A stretch of DNA of 64,000 bases from a virus (taxonomy: Duplodnaviria; Caudoviricetes): the IMG/VR virus record IMGVR_UViG_3300033076_001485, positions 32,001-96,000 of that record. One strand, given 5' to 3'. This document shows, one piece after another, positions 48,780-58,800 of the stretch. The stretch's first letter is position 1; every line of letters begins with the position of its first letter. Both the position numbers and the translations under genes were made by a program. The notes beneath the pieces are model-generated. The model made no database searches. It was not told where the DNA came from and saw only the letters and a program-made list of their open reading frames with translations.

Positions 48780-51749
48780 ATGATCCCAGGCGTTTACTCA
48801 GGCGAAGTTGATCTAACAGGCGTATCAACGACACCCCCATCAGGTCCATCAGTAGGTATTGTTGGAACAGCACAATCTGGTCCCGCATTCGTTCCTGTGA
48901 GCGTGGGATCTGTTAGCGATTTTAATCGCGTTTTTGGCGAAGCAACTAGCACAAATTACGCAGCTATCGCAGGACAGCAATATTTTGCAAATGCAGCGTC
49001 ACCTTCTTCAGTTACTTTCCTACGCACACTAGGCGCAGGTAATGGACAGCAAAGAAGCACATCAACAGGTCAAGTAACAAATGCTGGCTTTTTGGTTGGT
49101 GAAAAGCAAGTGCAGGTAAATGGTGTAGTTGGAAGAAATCCATACGCAACAGATGGTGGTGTTCCAGGAAGAACTTACTTTTTAGGCTGCTACATGTCTG
49201 AGAGTGCTGGCTCTTCTATATTTTCTGATGCAGGAATTCAAGTAGATTCAAAAGCACACCCAATTTTACGTGCAGTTCTGCTTGCCCCATCAGGAGTAAC
49301 ACTTACACTTTCAGGTAATTTTAATACCAACAACACGCCTTCGACCTCAGCAGCAACATCAGGTGGCCCAAATGGTGCATTAACGGGTTCAGTAAACATA
49401 ACAGATTCAACTTTTGTAATGTTACTAAATGGGTTTACAGGAGAGGTGAATTCAATTACAGCATCATTTGATGTTGCAAATCCAAATCACTTTTCTCAAA
49501 ATGCCAGCATCAATAGAGATCCAACAAGAATTGAAGAGCTTGGTCACGTTCTTTACGCATACTACGATGTTCCATCATCTTTGGCAGTCGTTACAGGCTC
49601 GGGTATCTTGGACGCAGCATCGGCAAGAGCTTTTGCCGGAATTGAAGATGCAGCATTTATAACAACAGGATCACTTGCAAGAGACACAAGTTCATCGACA
49701 ACACCAAATTATGAAAACTTCAGAGATCGTTTCACGCATGCTAAAACACCTTACGTGGTGTCGCAGGATTTTGGCGGAACAAAATATGATCTTTTTAGAG
49801 TTCATACACTCGGCGACGGTGAGTTTACTAACACAAGATTTGTCTTTGCAATACAAAATATAGTTCCGGGTGTCGACAATGATACATACGGAACATTTGA
49901 TCTAGTTCTTTACAGCTATCCTGTTGGACAAGTATTTAATCTTACACCTGTCGCTGGTGTAGACTTCACAGGATTGACTCTCGATCCAGATTCACCCAAT
50001 TATATTGCTGCTAGAATCGGCGACCAAAGTACATACTTTGACTTTGATAAAGGCGTAACATCACAGAAGATTGTTACAGACGGTGATTATCCAGTAACAA
50101 ATCCGTATGTAAGAGTTGAAATGTCAGATATGTTCCTGGCAGGTGAGGTTCCTGTTGCGGCATTGCCAATCGGGCACAGAGGTTATGGACACCTTGTGAC
50201 ATCAGGCAGCCAGCTGTTGACAAATCTCTCTGATTCACTTCGCTTTGCTTCTGGTCAGACAGACGTCTTAAAACGCGTTATTGAGCCACCCATTCCTTAT
50301 CGTAGAAATATTGCGAATGGTGGCGTTGTTGATACATCTCTCTACTGGGGAATGCAGTTCACAGATGTACCTGGAGTAACTGATTTTAATTCTACAACTT
50401 CAAAGATGACATATGTTGATAGTCACACTAAATTCTTCCCAGGATTTTCACCTTCAAATATGAATTTCTTTGTAGATAATAATCCAGGTGCAGCAACGGT
50501 TGATGGCAACGTAAGAGACTCTGATCTTTTTAACAATAACTTTTTCTCACTTGAGAAGATTAAGGTAGTAACTGGTTCGTCTGCTATCAATAATCGTGCT
50601 GACAGCACACAGTGGGCAAATGCTGTTTATGTTAGAAATGGTAACATACCTGCAAATGATACAACAAAAACACGTGCTTTCCGCATTGACGATCTAAGAG
50701 AGACAGGTAATCGTCAATTTGCATCGTTCTTGTTTATTGCTCAGGGCGGTTTTGATGGCGTTAATATCTTTAATGCAGATAAAACTAAATTAACAAATGA
50801 TGCAATCAAGAGAGAAATTGATGATACAGCAGGACAGGGTGGGACAGCAGGCCCAACAGTAGCTGCTTATCGCAAAGCAGTTGATATAATGGGCAGCAAA
50901 GACGATGCTGACATAACACTTCTAACAATACCCAGCATAAGAAATAGTGCAATCACAGATTACGCAATCAGCGCAGTTGAAAATCGCTATGATTCACTTT
51001 ACTTGATGGACATCGAAGAGCGTAACAGCTATAACGTCGTTCTAACGGGCTCATATGACGGTTCACAGGTCAGCATCTCTAACACAATTAATGCCTTTAG
51101 AAATCGTGGCCTCAACACATCATTTGCAGCTGCATATTTCCCAGACATTAATATCCCATTCAATGGTACAACAACACGTGTACCACCTAGCGTTGGTGTT
51201 TTAGGGTCATTTGCTTATAATGATAGAGTCTCTTACCCGTGGTTTGCACCTGCAGGTGCAAATCGTGGCGTGATTACAACAGCAGGAACAGCAGCAACGC
51301 AGATTAAGCAGGGAACTCTTGCTGATTCAATCTACGATGCGCATATCAATCCAATTCTTGACATTACATCAAATTCTGATAGAAAACTTGTAATCTATGG
51401 ACAGCGAACACTCCTAGCAAAAGCATCAGCACTTGATCGTGTTAATGTTCGTCGTTTGCTTATCTACCTACGCAGACAAGTACGTGCAGTTTCTAATCAG
51501 ATTATCTTTGAGCCCAATACAGCAGCAACGCTTGAGCGCTTCAATAGTCTCGTTAATCCTATCCTTGCATCAATCCGCGCTAAGGGCGGACTTGAGCGAT
51601 ACAAGGTTGTGATTGACTCGACAACAACAACACAAGCAGACATCGAGAACAATACCATTCGTGGTAAGATCTTTATTCAACCCACACGCTCTATTGAGTT
51701 CATCGCACTAAGCTTTGAGCTCACTAATGCAGGTGTGACGCTTACTTGA
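48780..51749 (+). CDS. gp18: tail sheath protein, copy 2
   Basis: PGVYSGEVDLT, GPAFVPVSV, WFAPAGANRG, YGQRTL, SALDRVNVRRL, FEPN, IQPTRSIEFI. Confidence 0.95.
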   Translation: MIPGVYSGEVDLTGVSTTPPSGPSVGIVGTAQSGPAFVPVSVGSVSDFNRVFGEATSTNYAAIAGQQYFANAASPSSVTFLRTLGAGNGQQRSTSTGQVTNAGFLVGEKQVQVNGVVGRNPYATDGGVPGRTYFLGCYMSESAGSSIFSDAGIQVDSKAHPILRAVLLAPSGVTLTLSGNFNTNNTPSTSAATSGGPNGALTGSVNITDSTFVMLLNGFTGEVNSITASFDVANPNHFSQNASINRDPTRIEELGHVLYAYYDVPSSLAVVTGSGILDAASARAFAGIEDAAFITTGSLARDTSSSTTPNYENFRDRFTHAKTPYVVSQDFGGTKYDLFRVHTLGDGEFTNTRFVFAIQNIVPGVDNDTYGTFDLVLYSYPVGQVFNLTPVAGVDFTGLTLDPDSPNYIAARIGDQSTYFDFDKGVTSQKIVTDGDYPVTNPYVRVEMSDMFLAGEVPVAALPIGHRGYGHLVTSGSQLLTNLSDSLRFASGQTDVLKRVIEPPIPYRRNIANGGVVDTSLYWGMQFTDVPGVTDFNSTTSKMTYVDSHTKFFPGFSPSNMNFFVDNNPGAATVDGNVRDSDLFNNNFFSLEKIKVVTGSSAINNRADSTQWANAVYVRNGNIPANDTTKTRAFRIDDLRETGNRQFASFLFIAQGGFDGVNIFNADKTKLTNDAIKREIDDTAGQGGTAGPTVAAYRKAVDIMGSKDDADITLLTIPSIRNSAITDYAISAVENRYDSLYLMDIEERNSYNVVLTGSYDGSQVSISNTINAFRNRGLNTSFAAAYFPDINIPFNGTTTRVPPSVGVLGSFAYNDRVSYPWFAPAGANRGVITTAGTAATQIKQGTLADSIYDAHINPILDITSNSDRKLVIYGQRTLLAKASALDRVNVRRLLIYLRRQVRAVSNQIIFEPNTAATLERFNSLVNPILASIRAKGGLERYKVVIDSTTTTQADIENNTIRGKIFIQPTRSIEFIALSFELTNAGVTLT

Positions 51750-51751
51750 TA

Positions 51752-51759
51752 GATAGTTA
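51752..51759 (+). promoter_or_regulatory. candidate late promoter GATAGTTA
   Basis: In the 30-nt gap before the tube gene. Confidence 0.6.
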
Positions 51760-51779
51760 GAAATAGGAGAAAATTCATT

Positions 51780-52268
51780 ATGGCAGAGACACTCTCAGTC
51801 ACCGATATGCTTCCTAATAAGTTTGAGCCAAAGCGTCAACATCGCTGGGTCTTCGCGCTTGAGGGAATTGACTCATATCTCGTGTCAAAGGCATCACGCC
51901 CAACATTCACGGGTGGAGAAATCACAATCCCATGGATCAATAGTCACCGTTACCTCGCCAAGAGATTTACATTCGGTACTATTAATATCACTCTTCACGA
52001 TCCAATTGCACCTTCTGGTGCACAGCAAGTGATGGAGTGGTTAAGAACACATCACGAGATGGTGAGCGGTCGTACAGGTTACGCAGACTTTTATAAGCGT
52101 GATTGCCAGCTTAAGATGCTTGATCCTGTTGGAACTGTTGTTGAGCTTTGGGATTTCAAGGGCGCATTTATCACAACAGCAAACTACAATGGTGTTGATT
52201 ACACGAATGATGATATCATGAAGATTGATCTCACATTACGCTTCGACAATTGCGTTCTCCAGTTCTGA
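51780..52268 (+). CDS. gp19: tail tube protein (T4 gp19-like)
   Basis: FEPKRQHRW, ITLHDPIAPSGAQQVMEW, LDPVGTVVELWDFKGAF, LTLRFD; 162 aa, directly after the sheaths. Confidence 0.92.
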   Translation: MAETLSVTDMLPNKFEPKRQHRWVFALEGIDSYLVSKASRPTFTGGEITIPWINSHRYLAKRFTFGTINITLHDPIAPSGAQQVMEWLRTHHEMVSGRTGYADFYKRDCQLKMLDPVGTVVELWDFKGAFITTANYNGVDYTNDDIMKIDLTLRFDNCVLQF

Positions 52269-52286
52269 TTTTTATATTTACACAGT

Positions 52287-52320
52287 AAACTCCTGCCTAT
52301 AATGTTAGGCAGGAGTTTTT
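52287..52320 (+). terminator. terminator-like hairpin after the tube gene that also sequesters the next gene's RBS
   Basis: AAACTCCTGCCTA-TAATGT-TAGGCAGGAGTTT then TT. AGGAG (52311-15) is the RBS for TTG 52324. Confidence 0.8.
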
Positions 52321-52323
52321 ACT

Positions 52324-53178
52324 TTGGCACGAAAAAATGATGTTTTTGCGGCAAGCAGCAATGATAAGCGGCAGAGTGCACCTGAGGGTGTAATTCGTCA
52401 AGATATCATGAAAGAATTTGATTGGGAAGTACCAGTTGATATTTCTCCTCTTCCTTCACAAGGCAGAGTTTATCCTGTAAATTCTTCTTTGCACGGTAAA
52501 GAGTCACTTGCAATTAAAGCAATGACAGCAAAAGAAGAAGATATTTTGATGTCACGTGCTTTTTCTAAGCAGGGAACAACAGTTACTGAATTAATTAGAT
52601 CTTGTGTTGTTGATAAAAATTTTGATCCTGGCGATTTGCTTGTTGGTGATAGACAAGCATTGCTCGTTGCAATTAGAATTACCGGTTACGGTGCTGATTA
52701 TCGACTCGATCTAGATTGTCCTGCATGCGACAAAAGAAGCACAGGAGAGTTTGATTTAAGCTCACTCGAGCTTCAAAGACTTGAGATTGATCCTGTCACA
52801 CCCGGTGCCAATGAATTCTTGACTGTCTTACCCGTCTCTAAAAAGCGTGTAACATTTAAATTTATGACAGGAAAAGATGAGCAAGAGATGAATTCTCTTG
52901 TTGAGCGTAGAAGAAAATTGCTTGGTGACGGCGCAGAGAACGTTATTACGACTCGCTTGTCATTCCAGACCCTGTCTGTCGAGGGAATCACTGATAAGAA
53001 TAAGATCGGCATGTTTATTGCTAATATGCCCGCAAGAGATTCGCTTCATCTAAGAGAGCATATTAGAAAACACGAACCAGGCTTGAACATGAAGTCAAAT
53101 TTTCACTGTTCTCTCTGCGGTGCAGATAGTGAGGTGACGCTTCCTTTGGGCGTAAGCTTTTTTTGGCCTACGACCTGA
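52324..53178 (+). CDS. tail/baseplate-hub assembly chaperone (T4 gp26/gp51-like)
   Basis: LPSQGRVY, MTAKEEDIL, GDRQALLVAIRITGYG, CPAC and CSLC, ends FFWP; between tube and tape measure. Confidence 0.8.
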   Translation: MARKNDVFAASSNDKRQSAPEGVIRQDIMKEFDWEVPVDISPLPSQGRVYPVNSSLHGKESLAIKAMTAKEEDILMSRAFSKQGTTVTELIRSCVVDKNFDPGDLLVGDRQALLVAIRITGYGADYRLDLDCPACDKRSTGEFDLSSLELQRLEIDPVTPGANEFLTVLPVSKKRVTFKFMTGKDEQEMNSLVERRRKLLGDGAENVITTRLSFQTLSVEGITDKNKIGMFIANMPARDSLHLREHIRKHEPGLNMKSNFHCSLCGADSEVTLPLGVSFFWPTT

Positions 53179-53374
53179 GTACAAAGAAGAGCAATTAGAA
53201 GAAGCTTTTGCTTTTATGATGCAAATGAATGTGTCTTATGACACATTCTATAAAATGCCTGTCAAAATACGCAGGTGGTTTATCGAGCGTCTGATAAAAT
53301 ATCGAACACCTAAATCTGATAATATTGCAGACAATATGGATGTTCCACTGTCATCTTTGTTTAAAGATAAGTAG
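53156..53374 (+). CDS. unlisted ORF, probable frameshift extension of the tail chaperone (lambda gpT-equivalent)
   Basis: Open from just after TAA 53153-55 to TAG 53372-74: FFGLRPEYKEEQLEEAFAFMMQMNVSYDTFYKMPVKIRRWFIERL...; no RBS before the first ATG (53216); entered via the T7 run 53158-64. Confidence 0.75.
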   Translation, partial: AFFGLRPEYKEEQLEEAFAFMMQMNVSYDTFYKMPVKIRRWFIERLIKYRTPKSDNIADNMDVPLSSLFKDK

Positions 53375-53392
53375 AATTAAGAGGGCATGTAG

Positions 53393-55648
53393 ATGTCTGC
53401 AAGTGAAGCTCAAAGAGAATTAGAGATACAAACTCTAATTACAAAACAATTTGCGATGCAAGCTAAGCTTAGGCGCGAAGTAGTCATCGGTCAAGCGGAC
53501 GCGCAAAAAGAATATGAAGCTAATTTAGCTTTGATACAAGCGCAAAATGAAGAAGTACAAAAATATGATAGAAGTATTAGAGTAGCTAGAGATAACACTA
53601 CGCAGATGTATGATGCTAACTCTCGCGCATCTGCTGAATCAACATCTATGATGTCGAAGTTTACAGCGACACTGGGTGTCTTTAATCAAGAATCTTTTAG
53701 TGCTGCTAAACGCCTATACGATCTATCAGCTGAGCGGCGCGAATTAACAGATGAAATCTCAGCTACACTAGGCGGATCTTCACGCATCTTTACGTTGCTC
53801 GGTCAAAATGCTAAGAGCTCAACAGAACTAATCGATTCAGCAAATCAAAATGTTACCGGTAAATTAAAAAAATATTATGAAGACTTCGGCGGCGTAGCAG
53901 GTGCCACATTTAAAGAATTAAATGATGGGCAAATGAATTTTGTTGCTCAAGTTAATTCAACCGATCGAGCATTTTTAAATTCTCAAGCAGCGATGGATGA
54001 ATTTTATCGCGCATCATCAGGCTATAAGAAAGACCCAGCAACAGGTCAATTTGTTCCAGATAGTTTCTTCATGGTGCAAGGTGTTCCTCTTGATATTGCG
54101 ATGGGTAGCAAAAAGAAAGCATTTGAACCATTTTTAGATATTTTAAATGATGAAAATCTAAATCAGCCTTTTGCAAGAAAGATGCTTAACCCTGAGGCGA
54201 TGGACGAATCGCTTAAGGAACTCAAAAGAATTAATGTTGCAATTACTGGTCTAGGCATGCAGTCGAAGTCAGTAACAGATCTTGTTAGAACTAATTTTAT
54301 AAGATCTGGAGAGGCAACCACAGATTACTTTGACGAAGTTGTAAGAGCAGCTGAAACTGGCCAGAATGCATTTGGCTATTCTGCAAACATCATTGTAAAT
54401 GACATCTATAAGATGACGCAAAACATTGAAATGTTTGGTTTTAGATCGGGCGATGAATTTGCAAAAATTGCTTCTCGAGCCAAAGATTTGCATATGACAA
54501 TTGAAGATGTGCAAACTGCAATGGGTAAGTTTGATACATTTGAATCAGCAGCGCAAACTGTCGGTCAATTGAATGCTGCACTTGGCACAAATTACGATGC
54601 ACTTGAATTGATGACGCTAAAATATGAAGATCCTGCGCTAATGCTTGAAAAATTACGCGAAGGATTGACATCGACAGGCAAGACATTTGATGAGATACCA
54701 ATCACATACAAGAGGATGATCACGCAACAGCTTGGAATAACAATGGAAGGCTTGCGTGGAATGATGGACGGTAATGTTCGTTCTCTTGAGGAGATGACAG
54801 AGCAGCAAAATAAAGCAAAAAGTGAGCTTGAAGCGGGAACACCGGAACAGGCACAAGTTGCGCTTGACGCACGTTTAGAGCAGCGTTTCAAAATAACAAA
54901 TAGCATGATAGAACAAGCCGAAGACATGGCAGGCATGGCAGAACGTGTGGCCAAAGTATTTGCGCAAGACGGCCTAAAAGTCTCAGAAATGGCAGAAAGA
55001 ACAAAAGATTCTATGCACGTTTTAGCACAAACATATACAAAAAATGTTGCTCCTGCTGTTACAGAATTAGCAAGAACAATTTCGACTGCAGATGATGTTC
55101 TTGTGTCAGGCGCAATGAGTTTCACATCAAAAGCAATTGAAAGCAAACTTTCAAAAATTGCAATAGACACATCAGTGACAATTTCAAAATTGGTCCTTGA
55201 TCAAGTTGAAGAAATCTTAAAAAAGATATTTAAATCATCACCAGAGCTTGACTCGTTAATATCAAAAGCTAGATCATCACAAGTGACTGGCACAACACCT
55301 GTTAAAACACCTCCGGCAGAAGATCTTGTAATGAAAGGTGAGCTTGACGAAGGCGATAGAGTAATTTTGTCCAATTATGGAAGCATACTTAGATCAACTC
55401 TTGTTGACAAAAAAGATACGCTTATTGCTTCACCTTCCGTAGAAAAGTCTAATGTCAATGAGAAGATCGAGCCTACAGCAACAAGAACAACATCACCTGC
55501 AATCCCCGCGGTTTCTGATGCTATTCGTGCATCTCTCCAGGGTGTAGGTACGTCACTTCGAATTGAGCTTGATGTAGGACAATTGACAGATCTTGTTTTG
55601 CGCGACATTATGATGAATAAGCCAAACGTCTTTGGAGGCGTCGGATGA
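53393..55648 (+). CDS. probable tape measure protein (751 aa)
   Basis: Helical Ala/Glu/Lys/Met-rich; KFDTFESAAQTVGQLNAALG segment; follows the chaperone pair. Confidence 0.75.
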   Translation: MSASEAQRELEIQTLITKQFAMQAKLRREVVIGQADAQKEYEANLALIQAQNEEVQKYDRSIRVARDNTTQMYDANSRASAESTSMMSKFTATLGVFNQESFSAAKRLYDLSAERRELTDEISATLGGSSRIFTLLGQNAKSSTELIDSANQNVTGKLKKYYEDFGGVAGATFKELNDGQMNFVAQVNSTDRAFLNSQAAMDEFYRASSGYKKDPATGQFVPDSFFMVQGVPLDIAMGSKKKAFEPFLDILNDENLNQPFARKMLNPEAMDESLKELKRINVAITGLGMQSKSVTDLVRTNFIRSGEATTDYFDEVVRAAETGQNAFGYSANIIVNDIYKMTQNIEMFGFRSGDEFAKIASRAKDLHMTIEDVQTAMGKFDTFESAAQTVGQLNAALGTNYDALELMTLKYEDPALMLEKLREGLTSTGKTFDEIPITYKRMITQQLGITMEGLRGMMDGNVRSLEEMTEQQNKAKSELEAGTPEQAQVALDARLEQRFKITNSMIEQAEDMAGMAERVAKVFAQDGLKVSEMAERTKDSMHVLAQTYTKNVAPAVTELARTISTADDVLVSGAMSFTSKAIESKLSKIAIDTSVTISKLVLDQVEEILKKIFKSSPELDSLISKARSSQVTGTTPVKTPPAEDLVMKGELDEGDRVILSNYGSILRSTLVDKKDTLIASPSVEKSNVNEKIEPTATRTTSPAIPAVSDAIRASLQGVGTSLRIELDVGQLTDLVLRDIMMNKPNVFGGVG

Positions 55649-55848
55649 TGAATGTGAACAATTTATTTGATCTTTCTGTGGAAGAAAAAGCTGTCCTTGC
55701 TCAATTTGAGAAAGAGATTGATAAAGTTATACTTGCACCCGATCCTGTCATCTCTGAGTCTGTGATAAGTAAGATTGAAGCAACGTTAACAAACATCATT
55801 GAGGAGATCATTAATCGTGGCAGACAGGCAGACAAGAGCAACGCTTAG
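55645..55848 (+). CDS. small hypothetical protein (67 aa)
   Basis: GGAGG RBS at 55634-38; ATGA overlap with the tape-measure stop. Confidence 0.6.
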   Translation: MMNVNNLFDLSVEEKAVLAQFEKEIDKVILAPDPVISESVISKIEATLTNIIEEIINRGRQADKSNA

Positions 55849-58800
55849 AGATTTTCTCTCATCCCGTGGATCTCCAGCATCATCCATTACATTATCACCC
55901 AACCCAAGTGATACTGCGCCTGGTGATCTTATTAATGAAGGAGATGATTTAGGAAATGATCCGAACACAGGTAGCCCTGTCGTAGGATTTGATGGACTTG
56001 CAGCAGCATATGTTGCCTTTCTAACGCAGCAAAATAACAATCTCTATGAGATTGCACCCAATGGTGAAATGGCACCGCCATCTAATCGAGGCAATGCTCT
56101 ACAAGATCCAGCACAGCAAGGTGCAGTGAGAGTTTTTGCTAGACCGGGCACGACGCTTGGCCAAGCAATGAATCTTTCTAATAGCGGCATTCAAGATGAG
56201 TCTGATTATCCTGTTGCATCTTACTTAGATAAAACAGGCGCCACTGCAGGATTGAGTGGCGATAATCTCTTATCCTCTGTCTATGGGAGATCACTCGACT
56301 TAACAGGCAATCCAGAGATTGACACATACGTTGATGTCAACACACAGAGCGGAAAAATGCAGACAGGCATTTTGCAGACGCTTGACAATAACAATCGTGC
56401 GGCACCGCCTGTGAATCCCGGCGAATTGTCATCAGTTGCTATTCCAAATAGAATAACAATCAATGAGATAGATCAACAGACACTGCAGACTGCACAGCGA
56501 AATTTTGGTCAATACAGCAAAGACAATGGCGAATCCTCACAAGCCTACACATACGACAGATTAAGAGATGTAGGTGCATGGATGATTGCTTCAGCAGCAG
56601 GATACAATATGCCCGAGGGTGAAAACGACCCACAGAGCGTTGAAAGTTTTTTCACCCAGGGCATCAATACTGACGCAAGCATCAGCACAGTTGCAAATCA
56701 ACTTGCAACAAAACGCGGTGGAGATGTACTGACAACAGGCGACACGCTTGCATCAAACGCACCAGGTTATCCAAAACAAGCATCCGGAGCGTCAATGCGC
56801 GACGGGCGTGGAGTTGTTAAGCCACCTGACGAGAACGCAAGGTACTCAGCACAGACAACAACGTCCTACACATCAGAGACACCCTTCTCAGATCCTGCAA
56901 GAAAGGGTAACATCAAACTATCTCAAGCAAAAGCTTTATTAGCGATCAATAAACTTGCTGAACTTATTAATTCCAATTTAGTCAAAGATCCCACGCTTGA
57001 AGATGAAGACACACTTAAGAGTCTCGGACCTTACTTTATGGGCGGATCGATTTACAGTCGCGTCAATGCTTTGAATAGAATGATCTTAAATGTTTCTTAC
57101 GTTCCCACACGCAGCGCTTATAAAGATGCCGTTGTCGCAGGAATGGCAGTTATGCTGGGTAAAGATGTTTCGTCTGGCGGAACTCCTCGACAAATCGGTG
57201 ACTATTTTGGTACAATGCCACAAGCACCAGGTTATTGGGAAGCTGTTGCCAAGTCTGCTGTTGATACAATCCGACAAATGCGTGTTACTAGCAACGTTGA
57301 AGATAGGTTATCGCCTCAATATTATGTTGATCTCGGCAGAAGCAAAGCTGTCAAGATGATGAATGCTTTCGCAACTATCGGTGATATTGTTCTTCAAGTT
57401 ACAGGAAAAACATTTGATCCTAACACGATCGGATCAGACATTAAAACTGCAGCGGGCATCGAGCAAGTTGATGATCTGCCTGTTACAGCAGGAACGCGCA
57501 TATCAAAGAGCAGAGAAGGAACGGGTAGATCGCCTCTTGCACTGAGCTGGCGAGGTAACAGTCTACCCGGTCTTTACATGCTATCTGATGATGTTGTTCG
57601 TGCGTCTCTCCAGATGGGTAACTTGGTTACGGGTGAAAATCCTGCGAGAGGTATGCTTGCATCTACGTTAATTGATAAAACTTATGTAGATCCTTCGCTT
57701 AAAGGATCAAAAGCTCGTATCCCTGGAGAAATTGTTAAAATCATCGAAGATAAACTAGATGCTGAATACGTGCCTTTCTATTTTCATGATTTAAGAACAA
57801 ACGAGATCATTTCGTTTCATGCATTCCTTGATACACTATCGGACTCGTTCTCGACGCAGTATAGCTCATACAAGACATACGGACGTGCCGATCCCATCCA
57901 GATGTACTCAAGCACAACGCGCTCAATATCACTATCATTTACAATTGCTGCTACTTCTCGAGAGGACTTTGACGAGATGTGGTACAAAATCAATCGTCTA
58001 ATTGCGTCTGCATATCCCAAATACACAAAAGGTCAACTTGTTCAGAATAAAGATATTACTTTTGAACAACCATTTAGTCAGGTGATTGGTGCAACTCCAC
58101 TGATGCGTCTCCGCGTGGGAGATGTGGTCAAGAGCAATTACTCAAGATTCAACTTAGCAAGATTTTTTGGTATCGGAAGTGAAGGAGTTGACGTATCATC
58201 TTTTGGCAATCAAAATAAACAAACAACACTACGAGCTGCAGAAAATGATTTAGATGTAAATTTAGCTAAAGACTTAGCTAAAGGTGTTGCAGGCTTCGGA
58301 GCATTAAGTGATACGTTATCTATGTCAAAATTCTATGCATTATTTGGTTCTCCTGTTAAAACGTTGTCATCTCTTGCTGAAGCAAGAGGATCTGAAATTA
58401 ATAGTGGCGTGTTCACTAACATTGCTACAGTCACATCAAATTTTCTAGTTAATGGATTTGTTAATCCGCTAGGATACTACTTGATGACCACGTCAACACA
58501 AAGCCCAGATTCTATTGGCGCTGATGAAAGTGGTTTTAAAAATTTCATTAACAATCTTACAGTATCTTACTTAAAACCAAGGGCGCGCCCATATGATGTC
58601 GTAGATGGCTCTGGCAATGTTGTCGGTAAATTTGTTGCGCGACGATCACTAAAAGTTGTCATAAAAAATCGTCTTAATCCAAGAAATAGAACACAATCAC
58701 AGGACGCCGTTTTAGGAACAACAAATCCGATAGCCGACCAAGATGTGCCCACTCAAGAGACACGCTATATTGTGTCTGTAATAGATCCTTCGCAAGTCTT

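Noticed and set aside
53383-53398. Small GGGCAT/ATGTCT hairpin over the tape-measure start
   Set aside because: Only 6 bp with two G-U pairs, and it lies wholly downstream of the promoter motif, so it does not fit the switch pattern.
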